From assembly GCA_016867035.1 (NCBI GenBank), contig VGKO01000001.1, positions 1,998-65,997 on the forward strand: a stretch of DNA of 64,000 bases, in the 5' to 3' direction. Every line of letters begins with the position of its first letter. Positions within the stretch are counted from its first letter, which is position 1. Under the pieces are notes generated by a model, which saw nothing but the letters and a program-made list of their open reading frames with translations, did no database searches and was not told the origin of the DNA. Positions 25,120 through 34,679 of this stretch are shown one piece after another. A program made the position numbers and the translations under genes. This DNA is from Candidatus Pacearchaeota archaeon (lineage in GTDB: Archaea > Nanobdellota > Nanobdellia > Pacearchaeales > GW2011-AR1).

Positions 25120-27282
25120 TTATATTGTCAGATTACTCAAGGCAACCCCTGCAAGTAAACTCAAAGCGATTATTGCAATTAAGGAAACAATCAAGTACAG
25201 CCATCCGCCCTTCAAAAGATTTTTAGAAATATCATAGGTAACTTTTAGTTTATCTTCACCAGCATCAACTGTAACTAAAGCTTTAGTGAGAATAAAAATT
25301 ATTTCAATTATATACAGTCCAACTGAAATTTGTAAGAAATAAGGGGGGATCATAGCATCTACCGGGAACAAATCTTTAATCCTAACAATATTTCCAAATC
25401 CTGAAAGATCTGCTCCAGAAATTTCAGCAGAACTTAAAACAGCATCGAGTTTACTTAAAATTAAAGTTATCATCCCGCCAAGCCCAACAACAATTCCTGC
25501 AAGTAAAGGAGCAAGGAAAGTCATATTACTCTTCATATCACTTACTACATCAGCAAGTAAATCCCTAAGTCTATCGTTAATCTTTTTAATATTTCTAACA
25601 TAATCTGCAATACTCATCAGAGATTGCGCAGCAACCTTTAATCCTTTTTTTACCGCTTCAATTAAAATATGCATAGAAGTCGAAATTAGATTTGAAGGAT
25701 AATTAATAATCGCCCCTCTTTTTGGATCAAAAATAGCACGTTCAAGACCCATACCTAAACTTTGAATATTAGAATTAACTTGCTTAAAAAATTGTTCAGT
25801 AACTTGTCCTCTTGAACTTTCAATAACTCTGCCAAAAGCAAGTTCAGCAGGAGTTCCATCTCCAATTCTGTTAGCAAGTTGGAATAAGGAATTATTAAAT
25901 TCGTCCTCTAATTGCTTAGAAAAATCTCGTGATTTTATTATTTCTTTAGTTTTTCCAGAATAGGCTATAGAAAAAAACAAAAATACAGAAACAGGAATAA
26001 ACAAACTAAATAACAAAGCCAGAGGGCCCATTGGCATTCCGTTCACAAAGTCAAAAACCTTTATGTTACCTAAAAATCCTACTCCCAATTCCATAAAAGT
26101 ATAATCTTCCTGTAATCCTAAAAGAGAAGCCAAACCAGTATAATGCAAAAGGAAAGGTAGAATTCCCAAAATAAAAATTGGAACACTAATTAAAGCAGCC
26201 CTGAGATAGGGTCTTCTAGATTTATATTTAGGATATAAGGGATTTAATTCTAATATACTCGACTCGCCATAACCTCCTGGCCTGCGCGACATAATATCAT
26301 TAGTCATATAAAAAACCATAAAAGGTATAAGTAAATTAAAAATAACAAAAACATGATACCACTTAATTGCTCCTTCAAGTAAAGCCGAACCCAAGGGCAA
26401 TAAAGCAAGTCCAAGGGTTGGTAAAACAATACCCAACATATAAAGATTAGTTAAAGGTGCTTTAACATCGTGTGAGAATTTAAGCATTTTATCATAAACC
26501 CCGTCAAGAATTACCTGCAATGCTCTTTCTAAAATTTCAACCCTTCTAGCATCACTTGGTTCATACAAACTAGACTCGATTAAATTAAAACTCTCAACAA
26601 ATTCTGGGCTAGTTCCCCTCCAAGTTTCCAGATAATTATCTAAACTCTGTTTTATACTAGAAAATCTACCTATTTCAACATCCCAAAAAACTTTTCTTAA
26701 ATCTAAAGCAAGAGGAGGTTCGAGATGCTGGCTTGCAAATCTTATTGCCCTTTCTAAATTACTGGTGTGTTTCATATAAACTACAGTATAAAGTATACAG
26801 GGAACCATCTGTGAACCTGCTTTTAATCTCCATTCGTTACCCAATCTTTTTGGAGCACCATAAAAATAATAAAAAACAAATCCTGCAGTCAGCATTGCTA
26901 AAAATAAAAGTAAGAAGCTGAAAAAACTAGTAAAAAGATAAATAGCAACTGTCAAAATCAAGCCACCTAAAAAAATCAAAATAGAAGATAAAAAAGCCAA
27001 GCTTACAACATTACTTGGAGTAATATCTAGATGTGCCCCTTCAATCTCGGTCTGTATTCTTTTTTCATCGCTAGAAGCTAATTTAATCTTTAGACTCCCG
27101 CCAATATTTTTACATAATTTTTCATACCTTGAAAAATTAGGAAGCATATCTTGTTTAAATTGTGTAAATTCCGCAGAAATATCGCTTGAAGCAGGACTAT
27201 AATTACTAAGTACAGAAGAGCTAGTTCCTTTACTTAAAACTCCACCGTATTTTTTTAAAATATCTTCAGTACTTTTTGCCAT
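25120..27282 (-). CDS. Type IV pilus/archaellum platform protein (FlaJ/TadC/PilC-like; two T2SS-F-like cytoplasmic domains, polytopic)
   Basis: The 720-aa product has alternating long soluble segments and TM clusters, matching FlaJ/TadC topology. It is adjacent to the secretion ATPase. Confidence 0.65.
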   Translation of the reverse strand: MAKSTEDILKKYGGVLSKGTSSSVLSNYSPASSDISAEFTQFKQDMLPNFSRYEKLCKNIGGSLKIKLASSDEKRIQTEIEGAHLDITPSNVVSLAFLSSILIFLGGLILTVAIYLFTSFFSFLLLFLAMLTAGFVFYYFYGAPKRLGNEWRLKAGSQMVPCILYTVVYMKHTSNLERAIRFASQHLEPPLALDLRKVFWDVEIGRFSSIKQSLDNYLETWRGTSPEFVESFNLIESSLYEPSDARRVEILERALQVILDGVYDKMLKFSHDVKAPLTNLYMLGIVLPTLGLALLPLGSALLEGAIKWYHVFVIFNLLIPFMVFYMTNDIMSRRPGGYGESSILELNPLYPKYKSRRPYLRAALISVPIFILGILPFLLHYTGLASLLGLQEDYTFMELGVGFLGNIKVFDFVNGMPMGPLALLFSLFIPVSVFLFFSIAYSGKTKEIIKSRDFSKQLEDEFNNSLFQLANRIGDGTPAELAFGRVIESSRGQVTEQFFKQVNSNIQSLGMGLERAIFDPKRGAIINYPSNLISTSMHILIEAVKKGLKVAAQSLMSIADYVRNIKKINDRLRDLLADVVSDMKSNMTFLAPLLAGIVVGLGGMITLILSKLDAVLSSAEISGADLSGFGNIVRIKDLFPVDAMIPPYFLQISVGLYIIEIIFILTKALVTVDAGEDKLKVTYDISKNLLKGGWLYLIVSLIAIIALSLLAGVALSNLTI

Positions 27283-27582
27283 TTCTCCCTCTTTTTTACA
27301 TCCAGATTAGATAAATAATCTATATAAATGTTTATTCTCGCTCGGCTGCTGCCTCGCTTAGGCAATTAATAACTGCAACTTATTAACAACACCGCGCATA
27401 AGTTAATTAAACATACCAAACTATTTATTATCTTTAATTCTTTCTGTTTGGATTTGCAGGCATTGTAGGTTTGTTTTTTCTACTTGACTTACTTAACCTA
27501 TTTAACTATTCGAAACCAACACCACCCATTAAACTGACGCAGAATAAACATAATAAAAAAGTAAGAATTACACATAACAAAA

Positions 27583-29868
27583 CTAAATCTTCTTAGCAGC
27601 ATTAATCGCCCACTTTTGCCATTCAGGGAAAACCTTTTCTCCGAGAGGCAAACCTATTTCTTCAGTAATCTTATCAGAAACCTGATGAAAAATACTATTA
27701 CTTAGAACATTGAATCCTGCTTCAAGAATCTCTGGCTTGCCTATTTTTTCCGATAGATTAACTATTTCTGCTTTAATCTTAGCCCTAAGTAAAATATTAT
27801 CATAAACTGCATCCCAATTTCCAGCCCAGCTCTTAACTCCTGCCGCAATATTCTTAATTATCTCGCTATCACCATTAATTAAATCTTCACTCGGCTCAAG
27901 CTCGTCTTTCTCAACATTATATTTCAACAAATCTACAAATCCTTTTTCTTCTAGAGGATCTCGAGTCCAATGTTTTCTTACTTCTGTTAATTGTAAAACT
28001 CTTCTTACGCTATGCATTCCATCCGGAGTTTTAACAGGATTAGCAACAATAATACAATCTGTTGCTTTAAAACTAGTTACAGGAACTCCTAAATCATTTA
28101 CCACTCTATCAAAAACACCATAGGGGCTTGCACCATGAATTGTTCCTGCAACAACATTAGCCAAAGCCCCAATTCTCATTGCTTCATATAATGCTCGAGC
28201 TTCCTGACTTCTAACCTCACCAATAATCAGGCAAGAATCCCCAAGTCTAAGTGAAGTTCTAATTCCCTCATCAGCAGATACCTCATTAGTTGTTTGTAAT
28301 AAAGCACTCCTAACCTTCATCCTTAAAATATCATAATTCAGCTTTCTCATTGTATCTACTGCAAGTTCAGGAGTATCCTCTATTGTAATTATTCTATATT
28401 TTGGCATTATCTCGAGCATTAAACTTCCTAAGAGCGAAGTTTTACCTGAGCTCCTTGTTCCAGCAACTAACATTGTTCTAGAACCGTCCACTAAAAAACT
28501 CATAAGTCCTGCTCCAAAAGAATTAATCATTTTATTTTTTATAAAAAGAGGTAATGTCCAAGGCGATTCTCTATGACGTCTAACAGCATAAGCAATACCA
28601 CTTGGAGATAAAGGTTGCTGAACAACCGCAATTCTTGCTCTTATCTCCCCAATAGACAAGTCTGTGTCTAAAATAGGATTAGCTTCATCTAAAGGCCTGC
28701 CTGAAATCATTCTAAATTTAGCTGCCCAAGAGTCTGCATCTTCTTGACTAGGAATTATATTAGTAGAACATTCATCAAAATCATTATGCCTTAAAAAAAT
28801 AGGATTCTGAGTTATTGGTGCATTTAAAACAATATCTTGTAAATTTTTATCTTTTAATAATACTTCAATTAAACCAAATCCAATTGTATGTCTAACTAAA
28901 ATCATGGCTAATTTGTTTATGTCTGAATAACTAAGTTTTATTCCTTGATTGTCCGCAAGTTCGCGAACTAAATCTCGCGAAACATTAAAAAATACTTGCC
29001 TGGTTCTCTCAGGATCGGTAAATTCTTCTGCTTTAGGTTGATGTTCAATTAAAACATTTCTTGCAAGATTTAGGAGTAAATGATGGTCCTCTTTTAACGA
29101 GTATTCGGGAGGCATTAAATGATAAAAATATTTAACTTCTTCAGATTTTTTTAGTATCGTGACTACTGAGATATCATATCCTTCTCCAACCTGATATTGA
29201 TCCACTATCTTAGCTTCTCTAGGTAATTGAGAAACAAGTCTTGTAAAAGTAAAATTAGGGATAATATCCGGTCTGAAAATATAAGAATAAATTTTTCTAT
29301 CCCCAAACTTATAATCTTCGAGATATTTTTCAATAGCACCAAAAAATCTCAAATTCAAAAGAAACTGAATAAAATTTTCCAAAAGTCTAAGATAAAGTAA
29401 ATTATCGTATTCTGTATTTTTATTAGAACCAAGAGATGCCAAAAGAGATTTCTCTTTAGCAACAGCATTCTTTAATTCAAAAAAACAAGCAAGCGGGTCT
29501 GATTTAAGAAGTCCAAGTAAATAAGTAATAAAATTATATCTTACCGCAAGCTCATTGGGATTATTATAAGAAAGTTTATTGGGTGATAAAACCCTTTCTT
29601 CGTTTACCAATCGAGTATAAAGGTTAGCAATTTCCCTTAAAAAAACCAATTGGCTATAATCATAACTATAATTTCTTTGCTGAACAAAAACTATTCTTGA
29701 AACATTTGGTGTCTTTATCAAATAATCTATTACTTGTGCCATAATCTCTTGGGAATCAGCAATATTAGGAACCAAAGGTGCTCCTAAGAAATTAATGTAC
29801 ATTACATCTTCATCAGCTTCTTTTTCAACTTCGTATGCGTAAAGCGGTGTGCCTGGTTTAAATAACAT
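27583..29868 (-). CDS. Type II/IV secretion-system ATPase (FlaI/PilB/VirB11 family) with long N-terminal extension
   Basis: Walker A 'VAGTRSSGKTSLLGSL', 'ITIEDTPE', Asp and His boxes ('IIGEVRSQEA', 'GTIHGASP') are present. The catalytic core starts far into the 761-aa protein. Confidence 0.85.
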   Translation of the reverse strand: MLFKPGTPLYAYEVEKEADEDVMYINFLGAPLVPNIADSQEIMAQVIDYLIKTPNVSRIVFVQQRNYSYDYSQLVFLREIANLYTRLVNEERVLSPNKLSYNNPNELAVRYNFITYLLGLLKSDPLACFFELKNAVAKEKSLLASLGSNKNTEYDNLLYLRLLENFIQFLLNLRFFGAIEKYLEDYKFGDRKIYSYIFRPDIIPNFTFTRLVSQLPREAKIVDQYQVGEGYDISVVTILKKSEEVKYFYHLMPPEYSLKEDHHLLLNLARNVLIEHQPKAEEFTDPERTRQVFFNVSRDLVRELADNQGIKLSYSDINKLAMILVRHTIGFGLIEVLLKDKNLQDIVLNAPITQNPIFLRHNDFDECSTNIIPSQEDADSWAAKFRMISGRPLDEANPILDTDLSIGEIRARIAVVQQPLSPSGIAYAVRRHRESPWTLPLFIKNKMINSFGAGLMSFLVDGSRTMLVAGTRSSGKTSLLGSLMLEIMPKYRIITIEDTPELAVDTMRKLNYDILRMKVRSALLQTTNEVSADEGIRTSLRLGDSCLIIGEVRSQEARALYEAMRIGALANVVAGTIHGASPYGVFDRVVNDLGVPVTSFKATDCIIVANPVKTPDGMHSVRRVLQLTEVRKHWTRDPLEEKGFVDLLKYNVEKDELEPSEDLINGDSEIIKNIAAGVKSWAGNWDAVYDNILLRAKIKAEIVNLSEKIGKPEILEAGFNVLSNSIFHQVSDKITEEIGLPLGEKVFPEWQKWAINAAKKI

Positions 29869-30011
29869 TTCTCTTTTTTACAAAAACATAAAACTCAAGT
29901 AGGTTAAATAGTTTTTCATGTTACAGAATAATAGAAAAACTAGCTAGGATAAATATAAAGGAGAAAAATAACAAGAATTTTAAACCCCAAGATACTACTT
30001 AAATAGAAAAG

Positions 30012-30377
30012 ATGGCTGAAAATGAACAAATTCCCGATTATAGTGCATTTCTTTCAGATATCAGTGTAAAAATCAGAGATATAGAAGAAAAAGAAAACAT
30101 ATTGAAAGACAGAGTACTCTTAATCGGAGAAAATTTAGTAAATCAAAGAAATGATATAGATCAAGAATTCTTAGAAATAAAGGCCAAAATACTGGAAATA
30201 GAATCTGAGCTAAAGAGGATAAGATTAACCTTACAAGGAATTCTTGAAAATTCCGACAATCTCGTGAGAAGAAACGAGTTTGATATATTAAAAAGACAAT
30301 TTGAAATGTTTCAACCTCTTGAATTAGCCAGGATATCAGATGTAGAGAGAATGATAAATAAAGCACTAAAAAAATAA
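30012..30377 (+). CDS. Coiled-coil protein (121 aa), function unknown
   Basis: Heptad-like periodicity is present throughout ('LEIKAKILEIESELKRIRLTLQGILEN'). It is divergent from the ATPase gene. Confidence 0.4.
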   Translation: MAENEQIPDYSAFLSDISVKIRDIEEKENILKDRVLLIGENLVNQRNDIDQEFLEIKAKILEIESELKRIRLTLQGILENSDNLVRRNEFDILKRQFEMFQPLELARISDVERMINKALKK

Positions 30378-30432
30378 TTTAATTAAACAACAATAATTAA
30401 AAACCCAATAAACCTTTACTTATAGAAAAAAG

Positions 30433-31266
30433 ATGGCATTACTTGATAGAATAGGAAAAATGAAACAAACAGGAATGAGCGATAGCCAGGTAGCCGATAC
30501 CCTAATGCAAGAAGGCATTTCTCCTAGAGAAGTTAATGATGCACTAGGACAATCAAAAATAAAATCCGCGATTTATCCTAATGAACAAGCACAAGGAGAA
30601 GAACAAGCAATGCAACCAAGCATAATGGAGCAATCCGAAGGAGGTACAGCAGCACCACTTCCAAGTCAAGGATATCAAAATCAAAATTATTATCCTGGCC
30701 AAGATAATACTCAAGGATTCTATCAAGACCCAACCCAAGCCTATGCGCAAGACGGCTATGATCAAACCCAGCAAGGATATGATCAAGTTTACTATCAACA
30801 AGCAATTGATATGGAAACTGTCCGCGACATAACTAGACAAGAAATTGAAGATAGTTTGAAAAAGATTAAGCAAGATATGGATGCTTTAAGTAAAATTAAA
30901 ACAGAAATGAAATTTCAAGTTCAAGGAATAGACTCAAGATTAGCAAGAATCGAGAACATTATACAAGAACTACAATCAGCAATAATTCGCAAGATGGGTG
31001 AATATGGGGAAGCCATTTCTAGTGTTTCTGAAGAACTTCAAGCAACCCAGAATAGTTTTTCTAAAATGATTAATCCATTAATGGATAAAAAACGAGGCTA
31101 TCAAGAAGATTTGAAAAATCAAGCCCAAGAATCTCAAGAACAATATGAAGAACCAGCGCCCACAACAAACCCACCAGAAAAACAATTTAAAAAGAAACCA
31201 CAAGCACAACAATCAAAAAACAGAAAAGCCGATTCAAGAGTAAGTGTAGAAGACTACTTTAGATAA
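30433..31266 (+). CDS. Protein with N-terminal UBA-like domain, Q/Y/N-rich low-complexity (prion-like) region and C-terminal coiled coil
   Basis: 'LLDRIGKMKQTGMSDSQVADTLMQEGISPREVNDAL' resembles UBA-like domains such as the EF-Ts N-terminus and NAC-alpha C-terminus. 'GYQNQNYYPGQDNTQGFYQDPTQAYAQDGYDQTQQGYDQVYYQQ' is low-complexity. Coiled-coil heptads lie in the C-terminal half. Confidence 0.5.
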   Translation: MALLDRIGKMKQTGMSDSQVADTLMQEGISPREVNDALGQSKIKSAIYPNEQAQGEEQAMQPSIMEQSEGGTAAPLPSQGYQNQNYYPGQDNTQGFYQDPTQAYAQDGYDQTQQGYDQVYYQQAIDMETVRDITRQEIEDSLKKIKQDMDALSKIKTEMKFQVQGIDSRLARIENIIQELQSAIIRKMGEYGEAISSVSEELQATQNSFSKMINPLMDKKRGYQEDLKNQAQESQEQYEEPAPTTNPPEKQFKKKPQAQQSKNRKADSRVSVEDYFR

Positions 31267-31282
31267 TTCTAACAATGGCGAA

Positions 31283-31825
31283 TTAAATAAAATCACTAAT
31301 TTTGTGTTTTATTTCCAAATAAATAAGCCAAAAAATTAAAAGAACAGCGTCTATAGCCGGAATAAAACTACCCCTCCAAGCAGAAGGTAAAAAATTAATT
31401 AAATTAAGTCCAATAGCCAAATCAGATATGGGATAAAAAGGCATTATCACTCCAGCTATTAATGCATCCAAAACAAGATGAGTAAAAATTCCAAAACTAA
31501 TTACAAAGAAAACCCAAGATAATTTAAGATGGTGTCTTCCCAGTTCTTTATTCTTAAAACTCATAAATAAAAAACCAAGTAATAGGAAAAAAATAACAAT
31601 AAATAGATTATGCGAGAAGGTTCTATGAACCTGTTCTAAAGTAAAACCAAAAAAATTAAGAATATAATAAGCAAGTACATCTAAATCCGGTATAAGCGAA
31701 GCAATACCTCCTATCAAAACATAATGTAAGGGAAATTTCTCCTTTTTCTTGCCCTTAAAAAAGATATCTCTAAACAAACTAAGTAAGATAATTGCTATTA
31801 ATACATGAGTAACTGATTGTGGCAT
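31283..31825 (-). CDS. Membrane-bound metal-dependent hydrolase (YdjM/DUF457-like)
   Basis: 'VTHVLIAIILL...DLDV...HRTFSHNL...FTHLVLD' is a His/Asp pattern typical of that family. There are 4-5 TM helices. Confidence 0.45.
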   Translation of the reverse strand: MPQSVTHVLIAIILLSLFRDIFFKGKKKEKFPLHYVLIGGIASLIPDLDVLAYYILNFFGFTLEQVHRTFSHNLFIVIFFLLLGFLFMSFKNKELGRHHLKLSWVFFVISFGIFTHLVLDALIAGVIMPFYPISDLAIGLNLINFLPSAWRGSFIPAIDAVLLIFWLIYLEIKHKISDFI

Positions 31826-31952
31826 GCTCTTTTACTTAAATAATCGCTCTGTCTTTTTAAATTCTATTAATCCCCCCTGTTTTAAATCAAATAACCACTC
31901 TATAGTTACAACAAACCAAAAGCTTTATAAATAAACCAAAACTGAAGTAAAT

Positions 31953-32474
31953 ATGATACAATTCAGTTTCGCAGAATACTATGCACCTTTACTAGTTTTA
32001 ATTGCAAGTTTCATAATTATATTTGCAGGTTTAAAGAAACTTGAATTTGGAGGCAGCAATTGGACTACAGCTATTCTTGCATTACTTTTATCTTTTATAT
32101 TAATCTCTTCTGATGTTCTAGTGGAATACACTATTGCCTTATTACCTTTAATAACTATAATTGCAGTGATAACTTTCTTTATTACACTTGCTTTAGTTTT
32201 CGTGAACTTTGATAATTCTCCGTTCAAAAAAACACTTGCCTGGATTGGTTTTGCTGTAGCTATTTTAATTACTTTATCTCTAGCCTTTGACACCTTCCCA
32301 ACCCTAGGTAATCTATTACCCGGAAGTTCTGATCGTGGACTAAATTCAGGATTAGTAGAATTGAAAGACCGAGTTTATACTCAAAATTTTCAGGACTTTT
32401 TAGTTTTTGTAGTATCTATAGTGATAGTTTGTTTTGTAATGGTAAAGGGCATTGCAGTCAAAGTTAAAAAGTAG
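31953..32474 (+). CDS. Integral membrane protein, unknown function
   Basis: Four or more hydrophobic helices. Confidence 0.4.
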   Translation: MIQFSFAEYYAPLLVLIASFIIIFAGLKKLEFGGSNWTTAILALLLSFILISSDVLVEYTIALLPLITIIAVITFFITLALVFVNFDNSPFKKTLAWIGFAVAILITLSLAFDTFPTLGNLLPGSSDRGLNSGLVELKDRVYTQNFQDFLVFVVSIVIVCFVMVKGIAVKVKK

Positions 32475-32493
32475 TTAAAAAAATAAAAGAGAG

Positions 32494-32979
32494 TTATCTT
32501 GCCTTGGTTACCCAATAGATTAATCCAATTAAAATACCCAAGACAACAATTGCACTACCATATTCTTGCCAAATATATATTCCGCCAAAAGCATAATCGC
32601 TCATAGAACTATAAGCAACAACAATAAATATAGTTATTGCAACAAGAGCAATAATCCAATTGGCAGTTTTCTTTATAGTTTCATTTTCATTAGTCATGAA
32701 TAATCCTATTAGAACAATAGCTGCAACTAAAAAGCTGATTCCAATTCCTAAATTAGGAAAGATTCTTTGGAAAAACATAGGGACATAATCTCCAACCAAA
32801 GATAAAGCACCGACTGCAAGAGCAAGAACAATATTAACTCCTCTGTTTTCTTCACCGAAGATTTTTGTCTTACTAAGAACACCATAAATAACAGCGAAAA
32901 CAATTAAAAAAGGAAGCACATAAGCAAATACTCCTGAAGCCGCCCATTGATTTAATATATAAGTTACGTCAAACACCAT
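32494..32979 (-). CDS. Integral membrane protein, unknown function
   Basis: Multiple hydrophobic helices. Confidence 0.4.
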   Translation of the reverse strand: MVFDVTYILNQWAASGVFAYVLPFLIVFAVIYGVLSKTKIFGEENRGVNIVLALAVGALSLVGDYVPMFFQRIFPNLGIGISFLVAAIVLIGLFMTNENETIKKTANWIIALVAITIFIVVAYSSMSDYAFGGIYIWQEYGSAIVVLGILIGLIYWVTKAR

Positions 32980-33045
32980 TTTTCTTTTTATACCTTCAAT
33001 TATTTTAAAACTTAAGTCTTTATATATCTTTTGTTATCTAATCAA

Positions 33046-33549
33046 TTAAGAATTACTTGGTTTGCTAGAACCACTTTTTCCGCTGAAAACAACCGCGATA
33101 ACCGCTGCAATAATTAAAACAAGGAATAATAAATTTTGCCCTGTTCCCTGAGTTGTAAAAAACGTAGATACAGTTCCCCAAGTATTAGTTATAATTAATG
33201 CGCCAACAATTACTGCAACAAAAATAATCCCTAAAATCCAATACTGCAATTTCAAAGCTTTTAAAGGGTCTCCATCTCCGGTTCCTCTTGCAAATCCAAA
33301 TAACATTAAGAAAACAAACAAGATTACTAGTCCAACTGAAAGGAATACAGTAAACTGCGCAATATAATCTACTGCTTGGCTAAAACCCACAAGTAAAGCG
33401 GCAACAACAAACCCTATTAAAGCATCAACTTGTGTTTTTCCGTCTCCAAGAAGTTTTGATTTTTGAAGAATAGCAAAGATTAAAACAAAAATTAAGACAA
33501 ATGGTAGTATTAATTCTTTAAATAGTGGTAGCGTTAGAAAATTCGCCAT
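33046..33549 (-). CDS. Integral membrane protein, unknown function
   Basis: Multiple hydrophobic helices. It is paralog-like to 32494..32979. Confidence 0.4.
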   Translation of the reverse strand: MANFLTLPLFKELILPFVLIFVLIFAILQKSKLLGDGKTQVDALIGFVVAALLVGFSQAVDYIAQFTVFLSVGLVILFVFLMLFGFARGTGDGDPLKALKLQYWILGIIFVAVIVGALIITNTWGTVSTFFTTQGTGQNLLFLVLIIAAVIAVVFSGKSGSSKPSNS

Positions 33550-33562
33550 TTTTTATTTGAAT

Positions 33563-33874
33563 TTAATTTAAACCAGAGTTTCCTTGGCTTAAATCCATTG
33601 TTTCAGATTCAGAGAAGCCCTCTTCTACATCAGCTATTGGAAGACTTGCTTTGTTAACAACAAAAACATCTCCAATTGCCTTTACGAATTGGTGAGGCAC
33701 TATTACTCCTCTTGCACCATTCAAATTTCGAATCATCTCTCGAGATACTCGAATTCTCCAGCTGTCTATCTTGTTTTCAGCAAGAACAGCTTCTTCGATT
33801 TCTCCGAAAAAATCACCGCTATCAGTAAATACTCTTTTTCCAAGCATTGAACTGATCTTTTTTATTTTTAGCAT
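33563..33874 (-). CDS. PRC-barrel domain protein (stand-alone)
   Basis: 'MLGKRVFTDSGDFFGEIEEAVLAENKIDSWRIRVSRE' matches the G(K)xV.D.dGe.iG.ve.....v..l.v PRC-barrel pattern. Confidence 0.55.
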   Translation of the reverse strand: MLKIKKISSMLGKRVFTDSGDFFGEIEEAVLAENKIDSWRIRVSREMIRNLNGARGVIVPHQFVKAIGDVFVVNKASLPIADVEEGFSESETMDLSQGNSGLN

Positions 33875-34006
33875 ACCACTTTTAAAAAAAGGGTATTTAT
33901 ATACTTTTCTCTTTTAGAAAAAATATTTTGATATATACTCTTTTTGAGGAAAATAAAAATAAAGAAACGCAGATAGCTTTTTATAGGAATTAAACCTTAA
34001 TTTAGA

Positions 34007-34645
34007 ATGGTTAAAAAAGGAGAAGTTGGAGTAATAATTGGGGCAATAATCTTGATGACTTTGTTACTAAGTTTTAACAAAGGACAATTAATTGTTTCAA
34101 CTCTTCTGAATTCTTTAGTCATTTCAATAGTAGTTATATTAACCTCAATTATCTGTAAAAAATTAGTAGCGAAAAAAATAGATACAGAAATAGAATTTAA
34201 ATTTTGGGCTTTGAGTAGATTTTGGATAACCCGAAGAGCTTACTTAAAAAGACCAGTTACTATGGGGCTAATATTACCCTTACTTATAGCGTTTTTATCG
34301 CGCGGATTTGTAAAATTTTTAACAATTTTAGAATTCAATATAAAAGCACTTCCAGCCAAAGCAGCTAAAAAGTACGGCAAACACCGATTCACCAATATAA
34401 ATGATTGGGATGAAGCCCTAATAATTTTTTATAGTCTTGTAGGTCTTTTAATAGTTTCAATCGTAACTGATTTTTTCAATTATAGTTTACTCCAAGGAAT
34501 TTCAAAGTGGGCATTATACTATGCAGCTTATAGTCTAGTGCCCCTAGGTTCTTTAGATGGAACCAAATTATTATTTGCCTCAAAACCCCTATATGCTTTC
34601 TCAGCTATCCTAATAGCAATAATAAGTTTGATCATTTTACCATAA
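34007..34645 (+). CDS. Integral membrane protein, unknown function
   Basis: 5-6 TM helices. Confidence 0.4.
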   Translation: MVKKGEVGVIIGAIILMTLLLSFNKGQLIVSTLLNSLVISIVVILTSIICKKLVAKKIDTEIEFKFWALSRFWITRRAYLKRPVTMGLILPLLIAFLSRGFVKFLTILEFNIKALPAKAAKKYGKHRFTNINDWDEALIIFYSLVGLLIVSIVTDFFNYSLLQGISKWALYYAAYSLVPLGSLDGTKLLFASKPLYAFSAILIAIISLIILP

Positions 34646-34679
34646 ATAAATTTATTAACAAACCAACAGGAGTAATTCT

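Noticed and set aside
25120-29868. Considered calling the locus an archaellum (flagellum) operon.
   Set aside because: No FlaH (KaiC-like ATPase), FlaCDE, or FlaF/FlaG candidates adjacent, and nine heterogeneous pilin-like genes rather than one or two archaellins. More consistent with an adhesive type IV pilus.
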